The translations under genes were made by a program, and so were the position numbers. The notes beneath the pieces are model-generated. The model had not been told where the DNA came from. It saw only the letters and a program-made list of their open reading frames with translations, and made no database searches. A DNA stretch of 64,000 bases from the human T2T-CHM13v2.0 reference genome, Homo sapiens: assembly GCA_009914755.4 (NCBI GenBank), contig CP068257.2, forward strand, positions 15,040,001 to 15,104,000. Reading direction: 5' to 3'. The number at the start of each line of letters is the position of its first letter. Positions within the stretch are counted from its first letter, which is position 1. Positions 1 through 18,504 of the stretch are shown here, one piece after another.

Positions 1-2840
1 AGTTTGAGAACAAGTGCTTTAGGTTGGAAATCAGTTTAGGCATATTGCTGTTCTATGTTTGTGGATTGTTTCAGTTTGTGATAGGGAGGTGGTGGGGAAG
101 ATGACAAGAAGGGAACAAATACTACTGCATTTTTTAACCAACGCTATTTTGTAGATTCTACGTATTTAAAGCCATTTAATAAAAACTTAGCCTATATTAA
201 ATGTGAAACACATTAACGAAAGAGTTGCATGAAAATATAAAACTGTTTAATGAAGATCTGGTAGCTTTCCCTCAGAATTGCAAAGGAGAATGTAAACTGT
301 TGTATCGTGATTCCTTTATCTCTTCCACAGAGAAAATACACCATAAAAGTAATAAGAACATGCTAAAGCAACTGTTAGTTAAATATGTATTTCCTTTTCT
401 TACAAATTGTGCCCTTTGTTGAAAAATTGCAAAGTGATAGATGGCTTATTTGTTTATATTGTTAGGTTGTATAAGATGTACTCTTTTCAAAAACTGTTCT
501 AACAATTTGGTCTGAATTGAGCTTGGATTCTTCCAAATTTTATTGCCATATACATTAAGTTTCAATCCAAGCTTTAATACTTACTGTTATGCCTTTTTCA
601 AAAAGCATTCCAAAGAAAAGTTACAGTCAGGTCAATTTGCTAAAATATGCTAGAATAAAAAGCCAATATAATCATGAACTTTTGCTCCATAATCATTATG
701 TTTATCCCTGTATATGTCCAAATAATATTTGAGGTAGTTCACAGTCAACTGGGATAAAGGAGGGAGAGATGCCCAATATTGTCTTTGTGTTATTCTTCCT
801 GTAGCAAGTAAACTGTTAATTCATTACAGTGTAGAGATACATAAATGCTAAAATATGGAATACATTAAATGTTGAATAAGTTTTTATTATCTAGTGATAA
901 GGTCTGTGAAAATTATATATTGAAACTTGAAACAAAAGCAAGAGTTTTACTAAATAGTTATTCTTGTTCTTAAATTTCCATTTCTACATGTGACATCAAA
1001 ATCGCAATCCAGTCTTCAAAGGGATGTTATAATTATGTAGGTACAGATACAGAACTCCTACATCTCCCACTCACATACCCACACACACCCACCTAAACAT
1101 TTCTTAACAATAATTTCTCTACAGGCTTTTAAAATTATGAAGGTAATTATATTTCCACCTCCTGATTTTCACCATATTGCAGTGATCAAACATTGTACAA
1201 ACAGGATTAAAGCATTTATGTTTTGATCAAGATCATTTCCCTGCTGGAGCTATCATTTGCGTCAAGGGCAAATGTATGAACACAGTTTGAAAATCATGCA
1301 AGAAGCTAGAATCCGTGGAAGAGTAGTTAACCAAGATTCTACATCATCAGCCAAGAACAACGTGTGTTCATGACTCTTTGTGGTGATTTATTCACATACT
1401 GCCCGGTTTACATTGGATTAGTTTTTCTAAAGATAAGTTTCTACACCAGATGACTTTCTAAAGCCTTGTTGAGTATGCAACTCAATGAGTTAGGAGTTTC
1501 CTTTGTTAGCAAACCTGTCTTTTCTTGACAATGAAAACTCTCACTGTGAGTGTTAAACCTAGTCTTGTCTGCTGTGAAGCTGTAGTTGAAATCTTGTCTC
1601 ACCTGTGAGGCATACTGGATATAAATTAGTGAAACACAATGCTTGAGGAACAGTAGTAGTACTTTGAGCTAATGGATTAACCAACTCTAAGTTTAACTTC
1701 TCTGCTCCCTAGTTTTTGAAAACAGAATAGTCATCAAAGATGGAGCTGTATATACGGCTCCTGAATATAGATGTAAGGAATTCATAGCCCAATTCAATCT
1801 AATTATGTGGGAAATGTCTTATTTGTAGAAAGAACATGAGTTTTGTTTGAGATTACCCGACAGCTCCATTACTGACTAGCTCTCTGACAAGGGGCAAATA
1901 ATGTGACTTCTTAAAGCCTTAGTTTATTCATCATAAAATGAAAATAATAAAACTACCAAAGGGTTTGTAGAGGCAATTAAATAGAATAAAGCTTGTAATA
2001 CACCTAACAGGGCAAATTACACATAGCAGTCACCAAAATAATATCCATTTTCCTTCTGTGTAACTGTGAGGAAAGAAGTCTGGGTCCCAAGAGTAGGCTG
2101 ACATGAAAAGTGACAAGATAAATAATATTATCATAATAAAAAACTATAAAAAGTATTGTTTTTCAACTTTTCCCTCTAATTACATTACCTCTCCTTCCAT
2201 GACCCCTTTGTTTTTCTCACTCATTTAGAAGATTGTACTTCCTTTTATTCAGCCTAACCATTCTGCATACACAGATACATACTTTGGACATCATGCTTGA
2301 AAATATTTTTAAGCAAATGTATGAATATTAGACCAAGATACACACTTATAATTGTATATGAATTATTTGACCTCTTAAAATGTATTTTTACACCAAGCGG
2401 TAACAACAAATGTGATAAATCAAGAAAATTAAGAGCCACCGCACATTACTGGCTTGTCAAAAAGCACATATATTCATGCTTCTGATGTGGTTATATAAAC
2501 ACATCACTGCACTGTTTCCAAGCAGAAATTTGTGTGGCTTGGCAGTCCTAGAAGGATTGAAAAAGTTAAAAAGGATTATCACAGTATCCATTATGAAGCT
2601 CTATTGGAGATGTTTTGACATAACTACTATTTTACTTATTTGATTAACAAAAACACTCATTTTTTTTTAAATTTTGACTCAAGAATATTATTAGATTAGT
2701 CTTGCTTTTACTGTAGGTATTTGCAGAAACTCATTCAACTTTCTAGAAACTTTTGCCTAGAATAACTCAAAAATGGCTGCTTTAAAAGAAAATTTGCTGA
2801 AAATTTGTTCAGCATTATCACCTACAAAAATGGTTTTGTA

Positions 2841-3145
2841 AGCCGGGCGCGGTAACACACACCTGTAATCCCAGAAGTTTGGGAGGCCAAGATTGGCAGA
2901 TCTCTCAAATTCAGGAGTTTGAGACCAGCCTGGGCAACATGGCAAAAACCTGTCTCTAGTAAAAGTACAAAAATTAGCTGGGTGTGATGGCGCAGGGCTG
3001 TAATCCCAGTACTTAGATGGCTGAGGCACGAGAATCCCTTGAATCCTGGAAGCAGAGGTTGCAGTGAGCCACAATCATGCCACTGTACTCCAGCCTGGGT
3101 GACAGAGTAAGACTCTGTCTCAAAGAAAGAAAGAAAGAAAGAAAA
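2841..3145 (+). mobile_element. Alu element (AluS-like) with (GAAA)n-modified A-tail
   Basis: Starts agccgggcgcggtaacacacacctgtaatcccag and ends gagtaagactctgtctcaaag followed by gaaagaaagaaagaaa. Flanking direct repeat GGTTTTGT on both sides. Confidence 0.9.
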
Positions 3146-3218
3146 GGTTTTGTGATACCATGTTCTACATACCAGTTATGATGGTGATGTCTCAATTCAG
3201 ATATGTTCATTTCGTTAA

Positions 3219-3538
<320 letters not shown>

Positions 3539-4966
3539 AAAATTAGCCTGTAAATGGTCATTTCAAAATGCTTCTATCTGATCATGGAAAAAAATTATAC
3601 AAATCCCAGTTAAAGGACATTCTATAAAATACCTGACTGATACATCTCAAAACTATGAAAGTCGTCAAAAACAAGAAAAATTTGAGAACTCTCACTGTTG
3701 AAGCAACATGACTGCTCAATATAATATGCTATACTGGATGAGATCTTGGAACAGAAAAAGATTAGGCAAACAACAGAATAAAATATGGATTATAGTTAAT
3801 AATGTGTCAATATTGTTTAATTGATAATAATAGATGTACCATACTAATATCTTAGTAAAAAGAAATCTGGATGTGGGGTATATGAGAACTCTCTATATTA
3901 TCTTCAGTTTTAAAATTAATTCTAAAACTATTCTAAATTAAAATTTTAATTTAAAAAATGCTCCCTTTTTGAAATTCATGTTGGGTATTTGGTGTCAATT
4001 TGAAATCCCATAATAGTGCTCAAATTCAAAGCAACAAGCGACTTTTAATCATTCAGCATTGAAAATTTCCTTGCCCTTAAAATTTGCTATCTTGTGCAGA
4101 TAACATATATAAGCAAGAAATATTTGACGAAATGACCCAAGAACAATATACAATTAAGGGATAAAATGAAGAGATAAGACAAAGAAGAACTCTTGGCATT
4201 GAGAAGTAAATGTGCAAAACAGTTAACTGTCTCAGAAAAATCAGGGATGTAGAACAGTGTTGTTCAATAGAACTTTCTGTGATGATGGAAATGATTGCAT
4301 GTGCTGTATAATATGTAGCCACAGCTACCTGTAGCTATAGAGAACTTGAAATATGGCTAGTGTGACTGGGGAAATGAATGTTTTATCTTCTCCAGTTTAA
4401 ATTGAATTGGATTTAAATAGCGACATATGACTAGCGCCTACTGTATTAGTGTGAAATTAGTGTTTGAGCTAAACACAGAAGCCCAAGTAAAACTTCGGTA
4501 GATAGCCCATTTCAGTGCAAGGACACACTATAGTTAATAAAAGACACCATGCTTGTGGAACAGTGAGTAGATCCATGAGCTACTACATCAATCAACCTTC
4601 AAATCTATCCCACCTCTGTACTTCCTGTTCTTTGATCCAAAACTCATTTTCTATGTAAGCCAATTTTAGCTCTTCATATGAGCTATGCATCCAAATTTAA
4701 TCTTCTCTTTAAGGTTTTTTGTTCTAGTTTAAACTTGGTCTTTAGAAGAGAAAATTGAGAGAAGCAAAATCATAAAAGAGAAAGAAAAGGTATATCTGAT
4801 CCATGAGGGAGAACTTGCTTTTTTATGTCTCTGATGTTCTAATCTGATTTTATGCCGTACTAAATTGTGATGAGTCCCATTTAGCTTAACCTTATTTTTA
4901 TACTCGTGCGTTGCCAGCCATAGTTTTTCGATTAGTTAGCTGGAGTTCTTATAAAAAGGATATCAC

Positions 4967-5294
<328 letters not shown>

Positions 5295-8200
5295 TTACAA
5301 CTCTTATCTACTTCCATTGTATAAAGCTTGAAGAGATGAGTTGGATATGAGATAAAGCTTCTTCAACAGGTGCAGGCACTCAACAATCTTAGCTATAAGT
5401 GAGAGAAAGATGCATCAGGTAGGTGAGAATTACTTCTACCATGTAGTTTTCCATCAACCACTCTAAAATTGCCTAGAAGCCTGAGCCTAAGAAGAAGATT
5501 ATAAGTATTGATTATTCATCTTCCCATAAAAAACCATTAAGAATAATTCCATTACATGTTTATATCATTGACCACCAAAAGTTCAATCCTCAAAGGTCAT
5601 CCATCATCATCTGAGCACTTACACCTAAAGTCTCTATGTACCTCTCCACTAATGTGACCCTCTATCCCAACCCTCCCCAGTGCTGCAGACATTTCCATTA
5701 AAGCTCCTAGGAATGTACTGTCATCAACAAAACTGCCTGTACACTCACAATCTTTTATGAGCGTTAGCTTCACTTTCTTGCTTTAATTGAAGTCTAGTGA
5801 TTTCTGAGGTCACTTATCTCCTTGAAGATCTCTCAAACAGAGAATAGATTTACTCTATTCTCTGAGAAACCTTCAGGTGGTATCATCCTTGTTTCTCATT
5901 GCTGGTCAATGGGTTGGCAGATCTATGCACTTCCAGAATGCTTATCAATCCTTGTCTCTCAATCAAGCCAGCTACTTTGAAGCACATGCCATCAGATTAC
6001 ACCAACTCTTACCCTTCCTTGTTTATTTTCCAAATTCCCAGTCACTTTCACTCATTGAAAATTTTAGTGACTGGTTCATGTGCTTCTCTTCAAAACTACT
6101 TCAGTTATTAGTCTCTGAAATAATAAATTCTAAATAGAAAATTAATCTATTAATAACATCTAGGCTCAGTCACTTTCAGTAACATATTTTTCTAAAATCC
6201 CCTTCAGTCACACTATTTTGTAATCATACCCTAAAACTTGGCATTAACTGTAACAATATTTGCAGTTTAGCCATCTCTCTGAACAGAGATTCTTATTATT
6301 CCAGGTTTCTAGTATCCCATCCCAAAAATTTTATGAGGCCATCAGAGCTGCCAATCCATTGGTCATTCTGTCATTTTTTCACCACGCATTAATCACCTAA
6401 TATCATTATTATCCTCTTTACCTAATTTAAGTCAATGTTCAATCACTATGATTACTCTCTCGTCTTTACTCACAACTCCCTTACCTATAGTTACTCCATC
6501 ATACTTCTTGGAAAAATCCTAAACAAGGTTAAACCCTATGTTCTGCTGTAATAAACCTTTACTTAGGAAGTGTTGAAAAACATACAACTGTGCTGATTGG
6601 GCTCCCTTTTAATTCATATGTTACAACGCTAAGGTTGTTCCTTTTTAGAGCCTGTAAATCATGTTACTCTTACTTTTCTCATCTCTCAAGTGATTCTTTC
6701 AAATCTTTACGTATGTTCTGTTGTGAAATACCAAACACTTGCTTTTATTCCAACTGCTAACTTCAATTTCTATTTGCTTGAAGACAGAAGCAATTAGGAG
6801 AGAATCCTTTTATTGCTTTCCCACTATATTTAGCAAACTCTTGGTATGTAGGCACACTGTCTTCTGTGTCATGCAAGAACAAGAGACTAAAATGCTAATG
6901 CCTATTCTTCTGCTTCTGCACCTGACCTCACCTCTTCTTTCCTATACAAGGACTTTGCTCTTAATCATTATTCCTCTTTCCTAAATTATCTATTTTTTCT
7001 CTACTGTATCTTTATGATCAGTTCAAAAATTACATATATGCATAATATGAGCAACTCCCACATGGTAGCCTCTTTCACTCATTGTGGTATTCATTCAAGA
7101 ATCCCCTCCACAGAGAGGCCTCCCCTGACTACCCTATCTAAATACAGTGTCTAAACATATCATTTTCTCTTGCTCTAGGCTGTTTTATTTTTTCTTCATA
7201 GCTCTAGTGATTACTGGAAGGTAAACTTACAACATTGGTGGTTTAGATGGTTGACTCTGTTTTTAAAGTCAGGGATCAAAACTGTTGCACATTGGCACCT
7301 CCATTGTCTCATTCAATTCCTGGATCACAGTAGATTTTGATTATTAAAAAAAGCAAAAGTTCAAATTAATTGACTAGTCTTAGGCTTAAAACCATGGACT
7401 TAATATAATGTTACATTTCATGATACTATTGTTAGTGTCCTGAGGAAATGGCAGCCCACAAAAGAACACCATGAATGACAGGTAAAGGTCCTCGGTGCTA
7501 CAGTTAAGATGGAAGTTGGTGGAATTTGACAGAAAGGGAGTGAAGCCCTCTTTTCCCCATGTGAGTTTAAGTCAAGTGAGAGAAAGTAAAGAGATGGGCA
7601 AATGAAGCACAAACATTATTTTTATTAAACTAGATAGTTTATATGAATAGCCACAATGGGTTTCCAAATACAGAAGCTCAGAATTATCCAGACTTTCCAT
7701 TTGTACTCAGAGTGAGTAAACAAAGATTCCGCCCTGTAAATAAAAGGGAAAAGAAATGTAAGTTTCCTACAGGCAATAACTCCATGATCAGTTCTTACTA
7801 AAAATTCTCCAACTGGAATTCAATTCTCCTACTCCTGGAGGATGCCAGTGAATTAGTAAAGAAAGATCATGAGTTTTACACTAATGAATATCACTCTACA
7901 TGAAAACACAAAGAATGGAGCATAAGGACTCCTTAAGAATAAGACCCAAACCGTGAAAGACAAAATAATATTCTTAGTTTGTATACCTAGAGAACAAACA
8001 GAGCCTCAACTAAACTTTCTACTGCAAACTGATTAGTATATGAAAATATTTTAATATCGGTGAGAAAAAAAGAAGTGAGAAATTATCAACGGACTTTTTT
8101 GATATTAAATAATCTGGATATATTGTCTTTGGAAGAACTTATGTGCCAGTTATTTATTGTCACAACAATACTGCAGTGATAACACCATAGAACAAACAAC

Positions 8201-9470
8201 CACAAAAGTGTATGTATAATTAACAATAATTAGTCATTGTGCATGTGTCTGTAATCAAGTGGGGGTCAGTTAAGGGGATCCCCTGACATTGTTTATGCTT
8301 GCTTAGATACCTGGAGCTCAGAGGGCTGTTGAGGGAGGTAGGCTGGCTTCTGCCAGAGTGACCAGGGCAACTGGACAACTGTAATGTGACACAGGCCCAG
8401 TGACCCAGGCTAACTGCGGAGACACAAGAAAGAATACATTGAAATATGTCAGACCCCTTAAGGTCTAGGTTCATACTAGGCACCTTCTCTTAAAAATCAC
8501 CCTATAGATCAAAGCAATGTGTATGTCCAAGTTTAGGATGAAGAGGTGAGTGAATATGCCCCATCTCTTTTTTGGAAAGGATTGCAGGGTCACATGACAA
8601 AGGGTACAAATATAGTTAGGGAGTAAGAATTAGGACCATTAATGCAGTCTATCACAGTGTAACATTGAGGCAGTGACTAGATTTTAAAATTTAGTTACTG
8701 ACAGAAGAAAGATGGCATACATAGCCACATTACAATTGAGTTTTCCTCATTTCTAATATTTGCAACATATCCAATATATATCAGTATCAATATATTCAAT
8801 ATATTATACCATTATCATCTTCTGCATAATTATTGTTATGTAAACAATTCATCTTGGTGTGAGATACATTGTTTAGAAACAAACTGCTCTTTTAGGTTGT
8901 AAAGAATTTGTCACCTCATAACTACTCACGAAAAGATGTAGAACCACTTGTTAGTACAACGAGAACTCAAAAGTCATGATGATTCCTAGTAGGGAGGTAA
9001 TCCTACTCAGGGGCAGCTTATGCAGAAGAATATAAACCAAACCCAGTATGTCAGGAAAATACCTATAAGTGCAAATGAGAGGCTTACAATTGATTGAGTC
9101 ACAGGATAAAGTGGAATAACAAACACTGTTTGTTCAGGTTGGCAGTCCCAGGTAATAATTTAGTAGCTCAACTACAAGAGACATGAGTCTGGCTCACAGG
9201 ACTCAGATTCACATGTGGGAATCCAGAGACCCAGACTGTCTATGGTAAGGAAATACTGAAGATCTTAAACAGCAAGCACTGGTGTCTCTGCTACTCCCAG
9301 ACCCTAACTTATAAATTATTAATTCCTTCACCTTCGGCTTTCCTGCTTTCCTAAATAGTCTTCACATGAAATCTGTAGTTAGATTTTACTTAGTGCTATA
9401 GAAAAAGATATTTACCAAGCAAATGCTAACATGAGAAGATTTTGAGTGCTAAAATTAGGAGTGCACTCAT

Positions 9471-9838
9471 TGTATTAATCTGTTTTCACACTGCTATGAG
9501 AACTACCTGAGACTGAGAATGGGTATTTTATAAAGAAAAGAGTTTTAATTAAATCACAGTTCCACAAGGCTGGGGAGGGCTCAGGAAACTTACAATCATA
9601 GAGGAAGGCAAAGGGGAAGCAAGGCATGTCTTATATGGAGACAGGAGAGAGAGCGAGGGAGGAAGTGCCAGACTTCTAAACCATCAGATCGCATGAGAAA
9701 GGACTCAGTATCAGGAGAACAGCAAGGGGGAAGTCCACCCCCATTATTCAGTCACTTCCCACCATGTCCCTCCCCTGACATGTGGAGATTACAATTCAAG
9801 ATGAGATTTGGGTGGGGACACAGAGTCAAACCATATCA
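9471..9838 (-). repeat. THE1 LTR (3' LTR in element orientation)
   Basis: Reverse complement of THE1 LTR hallmarks: ttataaagaaaagag, gaaacttacaatcatag, ccatcagatc, ttacaattcaagatgagatttgggtggggacacag. Confidence 0.85.
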
Positions 9839-11455
9839 TTCCAGCCCTGACACCTCACAAATCTCATATTCTTCTCACATTTTAAAATAAATCATGCCTT
9901 CTCGACAGTGCCCCAAAGTCTTAATTCTTTCCAGCATTAACTGGAAAGTCCAAGTTGAAAGTTTCATCTGAGACAAATCAAGTCCATTCCACCTAGGAGC
10001 CTATAAAATAAAAAAACAAGTTAGTTACTTCCAAGATACAATGAGGATACAGGCATTGTGTAAAATGCTCCCATTGCAGAAGGGAGAAGTTGGCCAAAAC
10101 AAAGGGGCTACAGGCCCCACACAAGTCTGAAACCCAGCAGGGCAGTCATTAAATCTTAAGTCTCCAAAATAATCTCCCTTAACTTCACTTCTCACATCCA
10201 GGGCACATTAATGCAAGGGATGGGCTCCCAAAGCCTTGGGCAGTTCCATCCCTGTGCCTCTTCAGGAGACAGCCCCCGAGGCTGCTTTCACCAACTGGCG
10301 TTGATTGCCTGTGGCTTTTCCAGGTGCACAGCTGTTGGTAGATTTACCATTCTGGGGTTTGGAGGACAGTGGCCTCTTTCTCACAGCTCCAGTATGCAGT
10401 GCCCCAGTGGGGATTATGTGTTGGGGCTCCAATCCCACATTTCCCCTCTACACTGCCCTAGTGGAGGGTCTCCATGAGGGCTCCACTTCTGCAGCAGAAT
10501 TCTGTCTGGACATCTAGGTGTTTCCATTCATCCACTGAAATCTAGGCAGAGGTTCCCGAACCTCAGTTCTTGTCTTCTGCACACTTGCAAGAACAACACC
10601 ATGTGGAAGCTGCCAAGGCTTGGAGCTTTTACCCTCTGAAGCAATGGCCTGAGCTGTACCTTGGCCTCTTTTAGCCATGGTTGGAGCTGGAGCAGCTGGG
10701 ACACAGGGTGCCATGTCCTGAGGCTGCACAGAACAGCAGGGCCCTGGGCCGTGCACATGAAACCATTTTTTCATCCTAGGCCTCAAGGCCTATGATGGGA
10801 GGAACGGCCATGAAAATCTCTGAAATGCCCTGGAGACATTTTCCCATTATCTTGGTGATTAACATTTTGCTTCTCTTTAATTATGTAAAGTTTTGCAGCC
10901 AGTGGCTTGAATTCCTCCCCAGAAAACCTGGATTTTCTTTTCTACTGCATGATCAGGCTGCAAATTTTCCAAACTTTTATACTCTGCTTCTCTTTTAAAC
11001 ATAAGTTCCAATTTCTGATAATCTCTTTGTAAATACATATGACTGTATGATGTTAGGAGCAGCCAGGCCACATCTTGAATGCCTGGATGTTTAGAAATTT
11101 CTTCCACCAGATACCCTAATTCAGTTCTCTCAAGTTCAAAGCTCCACAGATCTCCAGGACAGGGGCAAAATGCCACCAGTCTCTTTGCTAAAGCACAGCA
11201 ACAGTGACATTTACTCCAGTTCCCAATAAGTTCCTCATCTCCATCTGAGACCACCCCAGCCTGGACTTCATTGTCCATGTCACTATCAGCATTTTGGTCA
11301 AAAGCATTCAACAAGTCTCTAGGAAGTTCCAAACTTTCCCACATCTTCCTGTCTTCTGCTGAGCCCATCAAATTGTTTCGACCTCTGCCTGTTACCCAGT
11401 TCCAAAGTCGCTTCCACATTTTTAGGTTCCTTTATCACACCTGGTACCAATTGTC

Positions 11456-11821
11456 TGTATTAGTTGGTTTTCCCACTGTTATAAAGAACTACCTGAGACT
11501 GGGTAATTTATAAAGAAAAGAGATTTAAATGACTCACAGTACAGTATGGCTGAGGAGGCATTGGGAAACTTACAATTATGGTGGAAGGCAAAGGAGAAGC
11601 AAGACATGTTTTTCATGGTGGCAGGAGAGAGAGAGTGAAGAGGGAAAGTGTCACACTTTTAAACCATCAGATCTTGTGAGAACTCCCTCACTATCATGAC
11701 AACAGCAAGCAGGAAGTCCATCTCCATGATTCAATAACCTCCCACAATGCTCCTCCTCCAACACATGAGGATTACAATTCAAAATGAGATTTGGGAGAGG
11801 ACAGAGTGCCAAACGATATCA
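11456..11821 (-). repeat. THE1 LTR (5' LTR in element orientation)
   Basis: Near-duplicate of 9471-9838 (same motifs, ~85-90% identity by eye). Confidence 0.85.
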
Positions 11822-12450
11822 CTCGTTATGAATGAGGTAAGAGTATAGCAAAGAAGATAAAGAGTCAATGAAAAGTGCTCTAGAAAAGAAAGAGAAAAAA
11901 GGAGTGAAGACTTAAAAGAGGGAAGATGAATAGGTAGAAGAATCAAATTAAACTAGGACATGAAGAGTTTTCTTCATATGTATAAAAATAGGATGATCGA
12001 TTGGTCTTTTATTGCTTACATTTTTCTTGTTGACCATGATAGGGAAGAAAAATAATGGCAGAGGTTTTAGGCAAGTGTGTATCAAGGAAATATAGATCAG
12101 CTTTTGTTCCAAGAAGTATGGACTTTACAAAACTCACACTGTATATACTCATTGGGTTAGTAAGTTTAATTCCAGTGGATGTGTTATATATCAATGAGTG
12201 TGTAGAGTAAGTATATAATGATAATGTATTATGCCTATGAATATGTGTTATGGGTATTCATTGCAGTGTTTTATGACATCAATGGATTAAACTACCACTT
12301 GCTTGCTTTCTCCAAATGAAAGCCAGCTAAAACTGTCAAAAGGCACATCCAGGTCAGTTGAATAGATCAGTGATAAGAACTGACAAAAAGTGCAGCTTTT
12401 TCATTCTGCAAGCAATATTTACTCTAAAAACCTATCTAAATAATTTGGCT

Positions 12451-12773
<323 letters not shown>

Positions 12774-14599
12774 AACTGCTGACTCTATCATAAGTAGAAA
12801 GAAAAACTAAATTTGTACTTTTAAAGCCAGAGAATGTAACTGAAATTCTTAAGCACTCTCTGTCCAGTCTACACCATTCAATTCCCTTTCATCTTAGAAG
12901 AAAATTACTGTGGTCAAAAGTCATTGCTTTAAATTCCTATATATATGTTTTAAGACACAGAATGCTAAATTCAAAAGCTGTTATCAAGTTTCTGATAAGG
13001 GTTTTGTGATAGGAAGTCTAATTTTGTATGGTTATAGTTATTAATGAGCATTGTGGTGATTTAGGCTCTCACTCCTACACATGGATTGCTGATCCAGTAG
13101 AAATGTGCTACAACTAAGTTCTCTGGGGTTGTACCTGAATCCTTTCTCCATGGCATTATTTTGGCTTAGTCTGTCTCAGGAAGTTATACTGATATGTTGC
13201 TTCCCAAGAGTGTCAATGTGCTTTCTCTTTCATGTGTTTGCTTGGAAATACAGCCTGTTGAGAGAAACAACTGTCAGCTTCTACTTAAACATATTTTACC
13301 TAAAATCTACAAAGCATCCATCCCTTTGAAGATTGTTACAGGTTTATGTGTCAATTTAATATGCCATATTCTCCTGGAAAGGCTGGTACTATTTCAAAGT
13401 AATCCCATATTTACAAAATACAAGTAGAAGTTGACAAGACCTTAAACATAACCAATTTTCTCTTTCGTAAATGCGTAGATCAATTGTGATGATAAATGTA
13501 TTCTGACATTATTTAATCCGAATTTATTTTTGCCTTTCAGGCATTCTTGAGAATTCATATGCAGATTTTGCATTTTGTAGCTTTTATAAAATAAATGTTC
13601 TATACCAGGTTGATTTGGATGAGCATATAAGGGAAGCAGAAATTTTTCAGTAGATGAATGTGTATTCATAATGAAAATGGGCATTCTAATCTTTGATGGG
13701 TTGTCCAAGGAAATGTCTTATATTTGCAATTCTTCGAAGCCAACTCCATGGTTCTGTGGAATATGAGACATATATTGTTTTGTCTTATATTTATTTGTTT
13801 CACAGATTATATTGAGTAAATGACATGTGTCAAATATTTGTTAATCAATAGAATTGAGGTCTTTTTATTCCCAAGGTCTTTCACAGAGCCCTATCATAGA
13901 GGATGTTTAAAATGCTTGTGGTTGTATTGTCTCCCCTTCTGTAATGTTTAGTTGCTCTATGCTTATTATTGTTACATTTTATGGAAAATTACGTTTTTGG
14001 AAAAATCACGCTAAAAAAATCTATGCTACATTATAAAGCCAAATAGAAATTTTCTCATGACTTGAAGCTATTGTGGAATGTTACTGCCACTGTACTTTTT
14101 CATGAGACTAAATTATTGAGAAGCAGTAAATTGCCTCAACAGCCTGAGATTTTTCCTCCTATGATTGCCTGATCACACATTTTAAATTTAGGTCTGTTTG
14201 TTTCTGCAGGAGTAAATCTACTCAGGTAGTCCTAGTGAGATTTGTTAAGTATTAGAAAATCTATCCTGCTCCCACATCATCATAGCAATACCACAGCAGT
14301 TAAAATGAGTGTCATTAAAATTCCTCTCTTTGAGGTTAAAACTTTCACCTAAAAATGTCAGTTTTGAAATGAGAGTACCCCCAAAAGTAAATTTCTTTTC
14401 TTATCCTTAACACAGTTATAATTTGTCAAGTAGATGAAAAAGAAGAGAACATAGATCAAGCAGAAAAATTTAAATAATCAGTTTTATCGAAGAATGTCTT
14501 ACATAAAGTTATTTCACTCACTTTATTAAATTGAATAAATTTTGTAAAAGGTATTACTGTGTTTCTGCCACAGTCAAGAAACAGAAACCCTTTTTACAC

Positions 14600-17326
<2,727 letters not shown>

Positions 17327-18504
17327 GACCCCAACTTTTTCATTGAAGTTTCAAAACAGCCTTCTAAAGCCATTGCACAGGCATATATCTTCTGAGGACT
17401 CTACCCATCACTGCACGTGTAAAAACATTTAACAAATCTGACTGTTGGGAACACAAATTCTTCTCAGCCTTAGGTGATATCCAGATAATTTTCAAAATAT
17501 TATTTTCTAGTTTTTTTTCCATGGCTTTGTAAAATATTACTCCATGCATTCAAGATTTCCAGTAAATCAAAGACCCAAGAAGACTCAACTATAAACGTCT
17601 CAAATTCTCTCTCTGAGTGTGTAAAACTTCCGCCATTTAAATATTCTGCCGCACAGAATTTAGACAAATTTTTCACTGAGCTCTAATCTTTGTCTCTCCA
17701 ACTTAGCTAGATTGTTAGGCCCAGTTTGAATTTTCCCTTGGTCCACTGTGATCTGCAAACTGCCCTCGGTGTATAAACGGTACATTTTAAGATTCACCTA
17801 ATTATTTCACCTAATTTTTCTAATCTCAGAGATCACAGTTCTGTACTGTGCTATTGTCCTATGTATGAAGTCAGTTGTTTTACATATTTTGTTCAATTTT
17901 ATAAATTTTTTTGGCATAAAGGCAATTTTCAGAGCAGTTCCTCTTTCATAGATGATAGTGGAATTTCAGATCAGTTTTGATGAAAGTGAGAGATGAAACA
18001 TTTAGAAGAAATGAAAGTGGGAGATAAAACATTTAGAAGAAAAAGCATGGTACTAAGGGGTAATGCCGAGTAGAGAATTGAAGCAGGGTATTTTGGAAAA
18101 CCACAGGATAGCAATGAAGGGCAGTTATGAATGAAAGCAAAAAGACAAGTTTTACTTACTGCCCTATATTTTAAATGTAAGAATACTCTATTTTAGCCAT
18201 GTTTATTTCCATGGAAAATTCTATGAAGGATTCAGCAAAGTTCCATAAGGAATCATCATCCTAAAGTGACTTTTTACAACTTCTGAACTGCTGTGGGACA
18301 GAGTCTGGGTTTGGCCTTTAAAAAATCTCAGATTGGGTAAATTTTTTTCTCCATCCGATTACTCCTTTTTCAGCTATGTGTTTACCCAGTTTGGCACCTC
18401 TGTCCTTTCTGTCCCTTGCTCCTTGCATTAAAGATGTAAAATACCCTTCCAAGGTTCTATTACCACATTTAAACCTATTTCTTCTCTAAGAAGAAATCAA
18501 TCAT

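Larger units (their letters stand above)
9471..11821 (-). mobile_element. Full-length THE1-type MaLR retrotransposon (LTR - internal - LTR, 2.35 kb)
   Basis: Two ~367-bp LTRs in the same orientation at 9471-9838 and 11456-11821. Both read TGTATTA...ctacctgagactgggtaatttataaagaaaagag...CCATATCA, the reverse complement of the THE1 LTR TGATATGG...TACA. They flank 1.6 kb of internal sequence. 5-bp flanking repeat CTCAT / CTCGT. Confidence 0.85.

Noticed and set aside
8280-9250. Possible unclassified LTR or DNA-transposon remnant
   Set aside because: I could not recognise terminal motifs (TG...CA, TIRs) or a known consensus by eye, so it is left unannotated rather than guessed.
10877-11419. 180-aa ORF on the minus strand
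   Set aside because: It lies entirely inside the THE1 internal region, which is non-coding in MaLRs. It has no recognisable domain and no start-codon or splice context.
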